A stretch of 64,000 bases of DNA from Acutalibacteraceae bacterium (GCA_045601805.1 JAZSAJ010000046.1:11470-75469), one strand, 5' to 3'. Shown: positions 1-10,041, counted from the first letter of the stretch. Numbers and translations are program-made. The notes: a model not told the origin generated them from the sequence alone.

Positions 1-1274
1 TTCCATTCAACCTTTAAAAACATTGCCAATACCAATGTAATTCGGCCAATAATATTAAACCACGGCCACATAAAAATATACCAAATGCGCTTAATAAAAC
101 TAACCTTTTGCAGTTCTTTGCGCTCCATAAATAAAACATAAATTGCCATTATTGTTTCTTTTAAATAACCAATAATAAAATCGTAAATAAAGAACAAAAC
201 AAGCAAAAGAATGGTAAAAAGCGCATTATTTTGCGGTGTTTGTATTTTAAATAAGCCCAAAACAGTTTTTTCTAAAGTTGCACCGCTATATAGCGTGTAA
301 TAAAATAATCCGCTAATAAAAACAGTAATTTTAACAAAAAACTTTAAAATTGGTGTGGGGGTAATTTGGCAAAGCATATCATAACAAGCAAAACGGCGTT
401 GTTTGAATATGCCAACAAATAGCCCAACCGCCGACTCTAAAAAAGCAAGGATGTGGCCTTTTGACCAACGAAGACGCTGCCGTAAAGCAATTTTTAAACT
501 TGTGGGTTGTTCATCGTAAAACTTTGCGGCTTCACAGTAAGAAATATTGTACCCATTTTTTACTGCATCGGCAGAAAAAGCGCGGTCTTCGGTAAAGGAA
601 GTGTACTTCCAACCGTTTTTAACAAGTTCACTTGCAAATAAAAAACCTGTGCCTTGAAGGTTTGTTGCAAGGCGGAATATTGACCTTGGCCTGTGGTTTA
701 CAAGGCAACATTTAAGCCAATGAATTGCATAACTTGCGGCAATCCAACCGTCTTTAAAGTTTTTGGTGCCTCTGTAAGAAGTAATAATTTTTTCGCCAGA
801 ATCAAACGCTTCGTTCATTCGGCTAATATAATCACTGCTTAAAAGATTGTCGGCATCAAAAACAAAAAAACCGTCAAAACTTTGTGTGCCATAATCTTTT
901 TCAATACATTGGAATAAATATTTAAGCGCAAAACCTTTTGTACGGTTTACACTGTCGGTACGTTCATAACAAACAGCACCAAAGTTTTTTGCAACAAGTG
1001 CCGTATTATCGGTGCAGTTGTCGGCAACAACAAAAACAGTAACAAGGTTTTTATCATAATCTTGTTTGTTTATACTGTCTATTAAATTACCAATAACATC
1101 TTCTTCGTTCCTTGCTGCAATAACCACAGCGTATTTGTGCTTGTTTTGGGTGCTTTTAAATTTTCTGGTGGTAAAAAAGCCCACAACCTTGTAAAAATGT
1201 TTATAAAACAAAAGCACAGCCAAAGCGGTACTAATAACCTTTGCCACAAGTCTAATTATTTCATAAAAGTTCAA
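1..1274 (-). CDS. Family 2 glycosyltransferase with C-terminal membrane domain (3' end runs off the window start)
   Basis: Not in the ORF track because it has no stop in the window. Hand translation of the minus strand from TTG at 1274 (GAGG SD about 1285-1288) gives LNFYEIIRLVAK..YAVVIAARNEEDVIGNLIDSI..VFVVADNCTDNT..FFVFDADN..RQRLRWSKG, then several hydrophobic segments. GT2 DxD and QxxRW-type motifs are present. Confidence 0.8.
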   Translation of the reverse strand, partial: MNFYEIIRLVAKVISTALAVLLFYKHFYKVVGFFTTRKFKSTQNKHKYAVVIAARNEEDVIGNLIDSINKQDYDKNLVTVFVVADNCTDNTALVAKNFGAVCYERTDSVNRTKGFALKYLFQCIEKDYGTQSFDGFFVFDADNLLSSDYISRMNEAFDSGEKIITSYRGTKNFKDGWIAASYAIHWLKCCLVNHRPRSIFRLATNLQGTGFLFASELVKNGWKYTSFTEDRAFSADAVKNGYNISYCEAAKFYDEQPTSLKIALRQRLRWSKGHILAFLESAVGLFVGIFKQRRFACYDMLCQITPTPILKFFVKITVFISGLFYYTLYSGATLEKTVLGLFKIQTPQNNALFTILLLVLFFIYDFIIGYLKETIMAIYVLFMERKELQKVSFIKRIWYIFMWPWFNIIGRITLVLAMFLKVEW

Positions 1275-1335
1275 ATTTTTGTATCCTCACTTAAATTTGA
1301 AAAATATATAAATATTATATCATATTATTACCATC

Positions 1336-1364
1336 TTGTCAAAACAGGTTGATTATTGTATAAT
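1336..1364 (+). promoter_or_regulatory. Sigma-A type promoter candidate (TTGTCA-17 nt-TATAAT)
   Basis: Hexamers at 1336-1341 and 1359-1364 with a 17-nt spacer, about 30 nt upstream of the 1394 start. Confidence 0.5.
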
Positions 1365-1393
1365 AAATTAAAATAAAATAAAAGGTTGAAAAA

Positions 1394-1930
1394 ATGAAGT
1401 TATTTAAACATTTTAATACAATAACAAAGCACCGCCATCAAGTAATAAAACATTGCTTTAAGGCAGGTATTGGTTTTCAGGGTCTTTTTCACGACCTTTC
1501 AAAGTACAGCCCTACCGAATTTATAACCGGCGTAAAAAATTACCAAGGCAACCGAAGCCCCAACGAATACGAACGCGAAACCAAGGGCTATTCATACGCT
1601 TGGCTTCACCACAAGGGCAGAAATCGCCACCATTTTGAATATTGGACCGACTATAACCCAATAGAAAGGCGAATTCAGCCAATAAAAATGCCCCTTAAAT
1701 ATGTTGCCGAAATGTTTTGCGACAGGGTTGCGGCAAGTAAAATTTATAAGGGCAAGGATTATACCGATTCAAGCGCTCTCGTATATTTTATAAACGGTAA
1801 ACCCAACCGCTTTATAAACAAAGAAACAAGCGATTTCCTTGAAAAACTGCTTGTTATGTTAAGCGAAAAGGGCGAAAAAGAAACATTCCGCTATTTAAAG
1901 CAAAAGGTTAAAGAAAAAAAGGAATATTAA
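1394..1930 (+). CDS. Conserved hypothetical protein, DUF5662-like (His-rich, often mis-annotated as catalase)
   Basis: Complete 178-aa ORF with an AAAGG SD upstream. The N-terminus MKLFKHFNTITKHRHQVIKHC and the WLHHKGRNRHHFEYW block resemble the DUF5662 family from memory. Function unknown. Confidence 0.6.
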   Translation: MKLFKHFNTITKHRHQVIKHCFKAGIGFQGLFHDLSKYSPTEFITGVKNYQGNRSPNEYERETKGYSYAWLHHKGRNRHHFEYWTDYNPIERRIQPIKMPLKYVAEMFCDRVAASKIYKGKDYTDSSALVYFINGKPNRFINKETSDFLEKLLVMLSEKGEKETFRYLKQKVKEKKEY

Positions 1931-1936
1931 AGTTTT

Positions 1937-2440
1937 ATGTATAACGAACTTACAAAAGTTGATATTGAACAAATGCAAAAAGAACTAGATTGGCGAATTG
2001 GTGTGTTAAGACCTAAAATATTAGACGAGGTTAAATTTGCCCGAAGCCATGGGGACTTAAGCGAAAATTTTGAATATAAAGCCGCAAAGCAAGAACGCGG
2101 AAAAAACGAAAGCCGAATAAGGTTTTTAAAAAATATGATTAAAACCGCCGTTATTGTTGAAGATACTTCTGCCGAAAACGAAGTTGGTTTGTTTGATACC
2201 GTTACATTTTTAATTGAGGACGATGGTGAAGAGGAAACCGTAAAAATTGCTACAACAATGCGTCAAGACCCGCTTGTAAATATTATAAGCAAAGAATCTC
2301 CCATAGGCAAAGCCATTTTCGGTAAAAAAATAGGGGACAGGGCGCTTGTTGAACTAAACAAAAACGATGGATATTACATTGTAATTAAAAAAATAGAAAA
2401 GGGAATTGACGACGCTTCAATGAAGTTAAGGTCATATTAA
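1937..2440 (+). CDS. greA: Transcription elongation factor GreA
   Basis: 167 aa. GDLSENFEYKAAKQERGKNESRIRFLKNMI is the GreA coiled-coil signature, followed by a C-terminal FKBP-like domain. Confidence 0.9.
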   Translation: MYNELTKVDIEQMQKELDWRIGVLRPKILDEVKFARSHGDLSENFEYKAAKQERGKNESRIRFLKNMIKTAVIVEDTSAENEVGLFDTVTFLIEDDGEEETVKIATTMRQDPLVNIISKESPIGKAIFGKKIGDRALVELNKNDGYYIVIKKIEKGIDDASMKLRSY

Positions 2441-2444
2441 AATT

Positions 2445-3161
2445 ATGAAAAAGTTGTTTAAAAGAATATTGGCTTTGCTGGTTTTAGCAGTCTTTCTTTT
2501 ATCGGTTTATGTGGGGCTTGAATTTGTTTTGCCCGGGTATAACGCTTATAAAGAAGCAGTTAGCCAAAAACCAATAACCGAAATGATAAGTGAAATAAGA
2601 AACCGTGAAGACTACACAAAACTAAGTGAAGTGCCGCAAATTTATAAAGATGCGGTTGTTGCGGTGGAAGACCACAATTTTTATTCGCACGGTGCAGTAA
2701 GTTTTGTGTCTACATTTAGGGCAATTTTTGTAAACCTTAAATCAAAGAAATTAAAAGAGGGTGGCAGCACCATTACCCAACAGGTTGCAAAAAACCTTTA
2801 CTTTGAAATGGATAAAACCATTGAAAGAAAGTTTGCCGAAATATTTTTGGCAATAGAACTTGAAAAACTGTATAGTAAAGATGAAATTTTAGAAATTTAT
2901 ATTAACAGCATTTATTATGGAAGCGGTTACTACTGTATATACGACGCGGCAAAAGGGTATTACGGTGTTGAACCGATTGATTTAACCGATTACCAGGCCA
3001 CTATTTTAGCGGGTGTGCCAAATGCGCCGTCTGTTTATTCGCCCGATAATAATACAGACCTTACTTATCAGCGTCAGCGTCAGGTTATTGACGCTATGGT
3101 AAAATATGAGTTTATTGACAAAAATAAAGCCGAAGAAATATTAAAACAAGGTAATGAGTAA
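2445..3161 (+). CDS. Monofunctional peptidoglycan glycosyltransferase (GT51)
   Basis: N-terminal TM helix, then GT51 motifs AVEDHNFYSHGAVS, GGSTITQQVAKNLY and RKFAE. No transpeptidase domain. Confidence 0.85.
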   Translation: MKKLFKRILALLVLAVFLLSVYVGLEFVLPGYNAYKEAVSQKPITEMISEIRNREDYTKLSEVPQIYKDAVVAVEDHNFYSHGAVSFVSTFRAIFVNLKSKKLKEGGSTITQQVAKNLYFEMDKTIERKFAEIFLAIELEKLYSKDEILEIYINSIYYGSGYYCIYDAAKGYYGVEPIDLTDYQATILAGVPNAPSVYSPDNNTDLTYQRQRQVIDAMVKYEFIDKNKAEEILKQGNE

Positions 3162-3181
3162 ACACTCATTACCTTGTTTTT
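3150..3181. terminator. Bidirectional intrinsic terminator between convergent genes
   Basis: 10-bp stem GGTAATGAGT/ACTCATTACC (3150-3159 / 3164-3173), AAAC loop, then TTGTTTTT. An A-rich run upstream serves the opposite strand. Confidence 0.7.
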
Positions 3182-3195
3182 ATACCTGTTTTAAA

Positions 3196-3441
3196 TTAGT
3201 CGCTTATATAGAATTTTACAAGATTTTGAAGCAAAACATCGCGGTCAACGCGGCGTATAAGGTTACGGGCGTTGTTATGCGTGGTTATATAAGTTGGGTC
3301 TTCCGAAAGGATATACCCAACAATTTGGTTAACAGGGTTATAACCTTTTTCTTTTAATGCAGAATAAACTAAACGCATTATATTGCGAATTTCAAGTTCT
3401 TCTTCATTACCAAGCGAAAATTCCATTGTCTTATCGTTCAT
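3196..3441 (-). CDS. ireB: IreB family regulatory phosphoprotein (UPF0297/YrzL)
   Basis: 81 aa. KGYNPVNQIVGYILSEDPTYITTHNNARNLIRRVDRD closely matches the YrzL/IreB family core. AAGAGG SD upstream. Confidence 0.8.
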   Translation of the reverse strand: MNDKTMEFSLGNEEELEIRNIMRLVYSALKEKGYNPVNQIVGYILSEDPTYITTHNNARNLIRRVDRDVLLQNLVKFYISD

Positions 3442-3477
3442 AACTAAAACCTCTTTTCTTTATAATGGTTATAGTTA

Positions 3478-3655
3478 GTAGAAACAGTAAAGAAATTTAC
3501 TGTTTCTACACCAAATCTTTGATTTGGTGTCAAATTTTCATTGAGAATTTGACTATACCCATTGCAATGAGTGTCGCGCACAAATGAATTTTCAAAATTT
3601 CATTTGTGCAAAGCCGATAAAATCGGCTTGACGAAACGCTTTTTAGCGTTTCGAC
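3478..3655. other. Array of six abutting, non-homologous stem-loops (function unknown)
   Basis: H1 3478-3490/3497-3509 (13 bp). H2 3508-3517/3521-3530 (10 bp). H3 3529-3536/3546-3553 (8 bp plus 3 inner pairs). H4 3578-3588/3599-3609 (11 bp). H5 3611-3618/3622-3629 (8 bp). H6 3632-3640/3645-3653 (9 bp). None has a U-tract. Confidence 0.5.
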
Positions 3656-3713
3656 AAGCTACAATCATTATTATACAAGAAACTTTTAAAAAAACAAGTG
3701 AATATTTTGTGAA

Positions 3714-6104
3714 TTATCGGCGAAGTTCTGCGCCAAGTGTAGTTAGCTGCTTAAGAACGCGTTCGCAAACCGCTTCAACTTGGGTGTCGTTTAAAGTTTC
3801 GGTTAAAGAACGAAGCGTAAGCGTTAGGGCAACACTCTTTTTACCTGCTTCAATTTGGCTGCCTTCGTAAACATCAAAAAGTTCAACACTTTCGCAAAGT
3901 TTACCTGCCGCTTTTTCCATTGTATCAATAATTTCGCCAACCGGTAACTCTTTTTTGCAAATAAACGCAAAGTCACGGGTAACAGATGGGTATTTAGGAA
4001 GCGGTTTGTAAATTTTGGTTTCGGTTTTAATAGAAAACAGTTTATCAATATAAACTTCAGCAACATAAATGCGGTCGTTTATATCGTATTTCTTTGCGGT
4101 TTCGGGGTGAACTTCACCAAATACCGCAACAGTTTCACCGTTTATTGTTGCCACTGCCTGACGGCCGGGGTGTAAAAACGGTTCGGCACTACGAGCATAA
4201 CTTGCTTTGTTTGTATAAAGAGAAATTATTTCTTCAATCATACCCTTTAAGGTAAAGAAATCTTCTTCTTCGCCGTAAATACCAATGCTCATTGTGGGTA
4301 TTTCTTTGGGTGCTTCAACCAAAGGCAAACTGTCAGTTATAAAGCGTTTGCTACATTCAAAGAAACGCGCACTGCCGTTTTTGCGGTTAATGTTTGTTGC
4401 CAAAACGGTAAGCATGCTTGTAATAAGTTGTGTGCGAAGGGTTGAATACTCGTCACCCAATGGGTTTAAAAGGGGAACTGCGATTCTGCGCTTGTCGTCC
4501 TGTGCAAGACTTAAAGTGTCAAGCGCTCTTGCTGAAATAAAGGAATATGTTGTTATTTCTTGTGCGCCCATATTAACCATTTTAGATTTAAGTAAATCGG
4601 TTTTAATTCTTTCGGGCAACTTTTTACCGCGCTTAACTTCACCGCGCATTGCACTGCTTTTAATATGGTCGTAACCGTAAATTCGCATAACCTCTTCGGC
4701 AATGTCGGCACGGCTTTCAACGTCGTCGCGAATAGAGGGAACACTAACGGTCATAACGCCGTCTATTAGGGTTGTTTTTAAATCTAATGCATTTAAAATT
4801 TTAACCATTTCGTTTCCGTCAATGGTAAGACCCAAAAGCGCATTAACCGAATCAACCGTAACATTTAAAATGCGGTTTTCGGGCAATCCTTGGTTTTTGT
4901 CAATTACGCCGTCAATAATATCGCCTGCGTTAAGGTCGCTAATAAGACCTAACGCGCGTTCCATAGCATAACCGGTGTTGTTAATATCAATACCTTTTTC
5001 AAACCTTCCGCTTGCTTCGGTGCGAATACCAAGCGACCTGCCTGTTCTTCTTATGTTGTCGCGTTTAAATTTAGCAGACTCAAGGAACAAATCTTTGGTA
5101 TCATAAGTAATTTCGCTTTCAAGACCGCCCATAATACCTGCAAGACAAGAGGGCTTAACACCGTCGGCAATAACAAGCATTTCTTCGTTTAAGTTGTGCT
5201 GTTTTTCATCAAGTGTTTGAATACTTTCGCCTTCCTTTGCGTTTCTAACAATAATGTGTTTATCGTAAAGTTGGTTATAGTCAAAAGCGTGCATTGGTTG
5301 GCCTGTTTCAAGCATAACAAAGTTGGTAATATCAACAATGTTGTTAATGGGGCGCATACCGCAGGTACGAAGCACCTGTTTAAGCCATTCGGGTGATTCT
5401 GCTACCTTTAAGTTTTTAACAACTCTGCCAACGTAACGGGGGCAAAGGTCATAGTTTTCAACATCAATTTTAATATAGTCGTTTATATCGCCGCCAACAG
5501 TTTTGTATTCTGGCGCAGGGGCGGTAAACTTTGTGCCCAAAACAACCGAAACTTCCTTTGCAATACCCAAAATGCAGTTGCAATCGGGGCGGTTTGCGGT
5601 AATTTTAAAATCAATAACATAATCGTTAAGGCCCAAAATTTCGCGCATATCAACACCAACGGGGGTGTCTTCCTTTAAAATTAAAATGCCGTAAACCGAA
5701 GCGCCTTTATAATCGGCTTCGGCTAAGCAAAGTTCTTCGCCAGAACAAAGCATACCGTTAGATTCAACACCGCGAAGTTTGCCTTTGGTAATTTTCATAC
5801 CGTTGGGTAAAATGCTTTTGTGAAGCGCAGCAGGAACAATAGCGCCTTCAAAAATGTTGCTTGCGCCTGTAACAATTTGCACAAGTTCGCCACTGCCAAC
5901 ATCCATTTGGCAAATTTGCAAATGGTCGCTGTCTTGGTGGGGGGTAATTTTAACAATTTTAGCGGCAACAACATTTTCCATTTTTTCGCTTAAGTTTTCA
6001 ATAGATTCAACTTCAAAACCCGCAAGAACCATTTTATCGCAAAGTTCTTCTACAGAAACGGGAATATCAACATAATATTTTAAAGTATTAAGTGCAACTT
6101 TCAT
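3714..6104 (-). CDS. pheT: Phenylalanine--tRNA ligase beta subunit
   Basis: 796 aa. N-terminal tRNA-binding (OB) domain, B3/4, B5 and C-terminal FDX-ACB domains are recognisable. Lies directly downstream of pheS. Confidence 0.95.
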   Translation of the reverse strand: MKVALNTLKYYVDIPVSVEELCDKMVLAGFEVESIENLSEKMENVVAAKIVKITPHQDSDHLQICQMDVGSGELVQIVTGASNIFEGAIVPAALHKSILPNGMKITKGKLRGVESNGMLCSGEELCLAEADYKGASVYGILILKEDTPVGVDMREILGLNDYVIDFKITANRPDCNCILGIAKEVSVVLGTKFTAPAPEYKTVGGDINDYIKIDVENYDLCPRYVGRVVKNLKVAESPEWLKQVLRTCGMRPINNIVDITNFVMLETGQPMHAFDYNQLYDKHIIVRNAKEGESIQTLDEKQHNLNEEMLVIADGVKPSCLAGIMGGLESEITYDTKDLFLESAKFKRDNIRRTGRSLGIRTEASGRFEKGIDINNTGYAMERALGLISDLNAGDIIDGVIDKNQGLPENRILNVTVDSVNALLGLTIDGNEMVKILNALDLKTTLIDGVMTVSVPSIRDDVESRADIAEEVMRIYGYDHIKSSAMRGEVKRGKKLPERIKTDLLKSKMVNMGAQEITTYSFISARALDTLSLAQDDKRRIAVPLLNPLGDEYSTLRTQLITSMLTVLATNINRKNGSARFFECSKRFITDSLPLVEAPKEIPTMSIGIYGEEEDFFTLKGMIEEIISLYTNKASYARSAEPFLHPGRQAVATINGETVAVFGEVHPETAKKYDINDRIYVAEVYIDKLFSIKTETKIYKPLPKYPSVTRDFAFICKKELPVGEIIDTMEKAAGKLCESVELFDVYEGSQIEAGKKSVALTLTLRSLTETLNDTQVEAVCERVLKQLTTLGAELRR

Positions 6105-6120
6105 TTTTTTCGCCTCCTAA

Positions 6121-7140
6121 TTAAAACTGGTCAAGAAAACGCTTGTCGTTTTCAAACAGCAAACGAATGTCGCTAATTTTATGGCGTGTTGTTGTAAGGC
6201 GGTCAAGACCAATACCAAAAGCAAAACCACTGTAAACTTCGGGGTCAATACCGCAGTTACGAAGCACATTGGGGTGTACCATACCTGCACCCAAAATTTC
6301 AATCCAACCGCTGCCTTTACAAACACGGCAACCTTTTCCGCCACATTCACTGCACGAAACATCAACTTCAACGCTTGGCTCTGTAAAGGGGAAGAAAGAG
6401 GGACGGAATTTAATTTTTGTGTCACTTCCGTAAATTTCGTGGGCAAACTGTTCAAGCACACCCTTTAAATCGCACATAGTAACATTTTTATCAACAACAA
6501 GGCCTTCAATTTGGTGGAAAACAGGCGAATGTGTTGCGTCAACTTCGTCGGCACGGAAAACACGGCCGGGGCAAATAATACGAATAGGGGGCTTTGTGTT
6601 TTCCATAACACGCGCTTGCGCCGCACTTGTTTGTGTTCTTAAAAGCAAGTTTTCAGAAAGATAAAAAGTATCTTGCATATCTCTTGCGGGGTGGTCGGCA
6701 GGAACATTTAACTGTTCAAAACAGTAATGGTCGGTTTCAACTTCGGGACCGTCAACAACATCAAATCCCATAGACTGAAAAATATCTATCATATCGTTTA
6801 AAACCGAATTAAGCGGGTGTAAGGAACCGCCTTTTGTGGCTTTTCCGGGCATTGTAACATCAACCGTTTCGGCTATAAGCTTTTCTGCCTGTTCTTTAAC
6901 CTTTAAGGCATCGGTCTTTTCGGTTAAAACTTCTTCAATACCGGCCCTTACTTCGTTGGCAAGTTTGCCAATAATTGGGCGTTCCTCGTTCGTTAAAGAA
7001 CCCATCATTTTAAGAATAGATGTAAGTTCGCCTTTTTTACCTAAATATTTAACCCTTAATTCTTCAAGGGCCTCTTTAGTGTCGGCTTTTTCTATTGCTT
7101 CTTTTGCTTCGCACAAAATAGCACTTAGTTTTTCTTTCAT
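6121..7140 (-). CDS. pheS: Phenylalanine--tRNA ligase alpha subunit
   Basis: 339 aa with class II aaRS motifs ([40 protein letters not shown]). Confidence 0.95.
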   Translation of the reverse strand: MKEKLSAILCEAKEAIEKADTKEALEELRVKYLGKKGELTSILKMMGSLTNEERPIIGKLANEVRAGIEEVLTEKTDALKVKEQAEKLIAETVDVTMPGKATKGGSLHPLNSVLNDMIDIFQSMGFDVVDGPEVETDHYCFEQLNVPADHPARDMQDTFYLSENLLLRTQTSAAQARVMENTKPPIRIICPGRVFRADEVDATHSPVFHQIEGLVVDKNVTMCDLKGVLEQFAHEIYGSDTKIKFRPSFFPFTEPSVEVDVSCSECGGKGCRVCKGSGWIEILGAGMVHPNVLRNCGIDPEVYSGFAFGIGLDRLTTTRHKISDIRLLFENDKRFLDQF

Positions 7141-7149
7141 TGTTATTCT

Positions 7150-7392
7150 CCTTAAAAATAAAAATAACCTTCATCCCACAAGGGACGAAGGCAAAACTGT
7201 TAGTTTTATCTCCGCGGTACCACCCACGATTTTTACCAAGAGCAGAAAACCTGCATCCGAGCAAACACTCTTTCGGTCTGTAACGGAACCGTTCCGACAC
7301 CGCCTACTTTTTTGTTCAGCAATGCAGCTGGTAAGGGAACTTCGGCAAAAGGGAAATACCGTGCTTTCAGCCAAGGCACGAACTCTCTGAAA
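7150..7392 (-). promoter_or_regulatory. T-box leader (Phe specifier) with terminator
   Basis: Minus strand shows the AGAGAG stem I start (~7390). A UUC lies in the GAAGUUCC specifier region. The T-box motif is AUCGUGGGUGGUACCGCGGA (7211-7230). The terminator is CCUUCGUCCC-UUGU-GGGAUGAAGG plus a U-run (7153-7192). Confidence 0.85.
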
Positions 7393-7541
7393 AAACCTTG
7401 TTTTTGCGTACTTTTCTTACTTAAGCGCTTTTAACAATAAAATAATTATACCACGAAGTAAAAAAAAATCAAGATTTTTCTTTAAATATAAGGTAAAATG
7501 TGTTAGAATATATATAATTTATTAAAATAAGGGCGGATATT

Positions 7542-8087
7542 ATGCTTGAAAATTTAAAAAAAGAGGCAGTTTGTGCCACAGAAGAACTAATAAACAAAGC
7601 AATGCTTAAAAATGGAAGCATACTTGTTATAGGTTGCTCAACAAGCGAAGTGCTTGGCGAAAAAATTGGCAGCGCGTCTTCACCCAAAGCTGCAAAAGCG
7701 GTGTTTGACGGAATTTACGAAACGGCGCAAAAATACGGTGTGTATGTTGCCGCGCAGTGTTGCGAACATTTAAACCGCGCAATTGTTGTAGAAGCCGAAG
7801 CGGTAGTGGGGTATGAGGCAGTTAATGTTGTGCCGCAACCAAAAGCGGGCGGAAGTTTTGCAACGGCTGCTTATAACACCTTTAAAAACCCAGTTGTTTT
7901 AGAAGAAATTAAGGCAGATGCAGGCCTTGATATTGGGCAAACTTTAATTGGTATGCACCTAAAACGCGTGGCAGTTCCCGTAAGGTTAGAAACCAAAAAA
8001 ATTGGAAGTGCAATTTTGTGCGCCGCAAGAACAAGGGCAAAGTTTATTGGCGGCAGCCGCGCTGTGTATAACGAAGAAATAATGTAA
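7542..8087 (+). CDS. TIGR01440 (DUF436/YwlG) family protein
   Basis: 181 aa. The motifs ILVIGCSTSEV..G and AAQCCEHLNRA are typical of the family. Confidence 0.75.
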   Translation: MLENLKKEAVCATEELINKAMLKNGSILVIGCSTSEVLGEKIGSASSPKAAKAVFDGIYETAQKYGVYVAAQCCEHLNRAIVVEAEAVVGYEAVNVVPQPKAGGSFATAAYNTFKNPVVLEEIKADAGLDIGQTLIGMHLKRVAVPVRLETKKIGSAILCAARTRAKFIGGSRAVYNEEIM

Positions 8088-8095
8088 AATAAAAA

Positions 8096-8118
8096 CGGAG
8101 GAATTTCCTCCGTTTTTT
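8096..8118. terminator. Bidirectional intrinsic terminator
   Basis: CGGAGGA/TCCTCCG stem flanked by AAAAA upstream and TTTTTT downstream, between convergent genes. Confidence 0.7.
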
Positions 8119-8124
8119 GTTTTT

Positions 8125-10041
8125 TTATTCAAGTTCAAAGGCGCCTGTGTAAAGTTGATAATAAACACCTTTTTGCTTAATTAAGTCGTTATGTGTTCCG
8201 CGTTCAATAATAACGCCCTTATCAAGAACCATAATAACATCGGAATTCATAACGGTTGAAAGGCGGTGGGCAATTACAAAAACTGTTCTGCCTTTCATTA
8301 GGTTATCCATACCTTTTTGAACAATTGCTTCGGTACGGGTGTCAATTGAACTTGTTGCTTCGTCAAGAATCATAGCAGGGGGCGAAGCAACCGCAACACG
8401 CGCTATTGCAATAAGTTGGCGTTGTCCTTGCGAAAGGTTTGCGCCGTTGTTAGTAAGCATTGTGTTATATCCGTTTGGCAAACGGGTAATAAAACTGTGG
8501 GCACCCGAAAGTTTTGCCGCTTCAATACATTCTTTGTCGGTTGCATCAAGTTTGCCGTACCTAATATTATCCATAACCGTTCCTGTAAACAGGTTGGTTT
8601 CTTGCAAAACAATACCAAGCGATTTTCTTAAATCGGCTTTTTTAATTTTGTTAATGTTAATACCGTCGTACCTTATTTTACCATCGGCAATATCGTAAAA
8701 ACGGTTAATAAGGTTGGTAATTGTGGTTTTACCTGCACCGGTTGCACCAACAAAAGCAACCTTTTGGCCCGGTTCTGCATAAACCGAAATGTTGTGTAAA
8801 ACATCTTTTTCGGGTGTATAACCAAAATCAACATCGGTAAGCCGTACATCACCCAAAAGGCGAGTGTAGGTAACGGTGCCGTCTTGGTGGGGATGTTTCC
8901 ACGCCCAAATGCCTGTATTTTTTGTTGTTTCTTTAATTTCGCCGTTTTTTGTGATTTCAGCGTTTACAAGCGTAACATAACCGTCATCAATTTCTGCTTC
9001 TTGGTCAATAAGTTCAAAAATGCGTTCTGCACCAGCCATAGCCATTGCAATAGAATTTATTTGTTGCGAAACTTGGTTAATGTTGCCTGTAAACTGTTTG
9101 GTCATATTTAAAAACGGAATAACAAGCGAAACATCAAGCGCAAGACCCGAAATACTAAAATTCTTAACACCTAACAGTATAAACAAACCGCCAACCGTTG
9201 CGCACAAAACATATAAAATGTTGCCAATATTCATAATAACGGGGCCTAAAATATTGGCATAAGCATTTGCCCTGTAGGCGTCGCCAAACAGTTCGTTGTT
9301 TATTTCTTCAAAATCCTTAAGCGTCTTTTCTTCATGGCAGAAAACCTTAACAACCTTTTGGCCGTTCATGGTTTCTTGAATGTAACCTTCACATTTTGCA
9401 ATAGATTTTTGTTGGCGCATAAAGTATTTTGCCGAGCCTCCGCCAACTGTTTTAGAAACAAAAAACATTGCAACCACGCCAAGCAAAACAACCAATGTCA
9501 TCCAAACGCTAAACCAAAGCATAATGGTAAGTACGCTTGTAACAATTACGGCTGACTGCAAAAGGTGGGGAACAGACTGTGAAATAAGTTGGCGCAAAGT
9601 GTCAATATCGTTTGTATAGTAACTCATAATATCGCCGTGTTTCTTTGTGTCAAAGAAACTAATGGGAAGCGTTTGCATTTTATTAAACATTTTGCACCGC
9701 ATTTTAGAAAGGAAACCTTGAGTTATGTTTACCATTAACTGATTGTAAAGGGTAATTGTAATGGTAGCAAGTAAATAAAGGGTAGCAAGAATGGCAATAA
9801 GCGGTAAAATTTCGCTTTTTGCAGTTTGCCAATCAAAAGAGCCACTGTTTACATAGCCCTCAATAATAGCAATAACCTTTTGTGTAAAAAGACTTGGTAT
9901 AGAAGAAACTACCGCCGAAAAAACAATGCACAAACAGGTTAAAGGCAAAAGGCGAGGGTATGATTTAAACAAAAGTTTTAAAAGGCGAATTAGCGTTGCG
10001 AACGGATTTTTTGCTTTGCCGCGATAAGCCGGTCTAGGCAT
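8125..10041 (-). CDS. ABC transporter ATP-binding/permease protein (exporter half-transporter)
   Basis: Six-TM domain plus NBD (Walker A GATGAGKTT, signature LSQGQRQ, Walker B ILDEATS). I moved the start to ATG 10041, which has a GGAGGTG SD and an ATGCCTAG overlap with the upstream stop. The ORF-track start at 10101 would overlap the upstream gene by 68 nt. Confidence 0.9.
   Translation of the reverse strand: MPRPAYRGKAKNPFATLIRLLKLLFKSYPRLLPLTCLCIVFSAVVSSIPSLFTQKVIAIIEGYVNSGSFDWQTAKSEILPLIAILATLYLLATITITLYNQLMVNITQGFLSKMRCKMFNKMQTLPISFFDTKKHGDIMSYYTNDIDTLRQLISQSVPHLLQSAVIVTSVLTIMLWFSVWMTLVVLLGVVAMFFVSKTVGGGSAKYFMRQQKSIAKCEGYIQETMNGQKVVKVFCHEEKTLKDFEEINNELFGDAYRANAYANILGPVIMNIGNILYVLCATVGGLFILLGVKNFSISGLALDVSLVIPFLNMTKQFTGNINQVSQQINSIAMAMAGAERIFELIDQEAEIDDGYVTLVNAEITKNGEIKETTKNTGIWAWKHPHQDGTVTYTRLLGDVRLTDVDFGYTPEKDVLHNISVYAEPGQKVAFVGATGAGKTTITNLINRFYDIADGKIRYDGININKIKKADLRKSLGIVLQETNLFTGTVMDNIRYGKLDATDKECIEAAKLSGAHSFITRLPNGYNTMLTNNGANLSQGQRQLIAIARVAVASPPAMILDEATSSIDTRTEAIVQKGMDNLMKGRTVFVIAHRLSTVMNSDVIMVLDKGVIIERGTHNDLIKQKGVYYQLYTGAFELE

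Noticed and set aside
3587-3600. AATTTTCAAAATTT in the loop of hairpin 4, considered as a CodY box
   Set aside because: It is one nucleotide short of the 15-nt consensus AATTTTCWGAAAATT and lacks the central G. A single degenerate hit in AT-rich DNA is not enough.
3571-3870. 99-aa plus-strand ORF
   Set aside because: It starts inside the hairpin array and runs antisense into the pheT 3' end. It has no SD. The hairpins explain the sequence better than coding does.
6836-7390. 184-aa plus-strand ORF
   Set aside because: It lies antisense to pheS and to the Phe T-box leader. It is Ser/Leu-rich and low in complexity and has no SD. It is a typical shadow ORF opposite a highly expressed gene.
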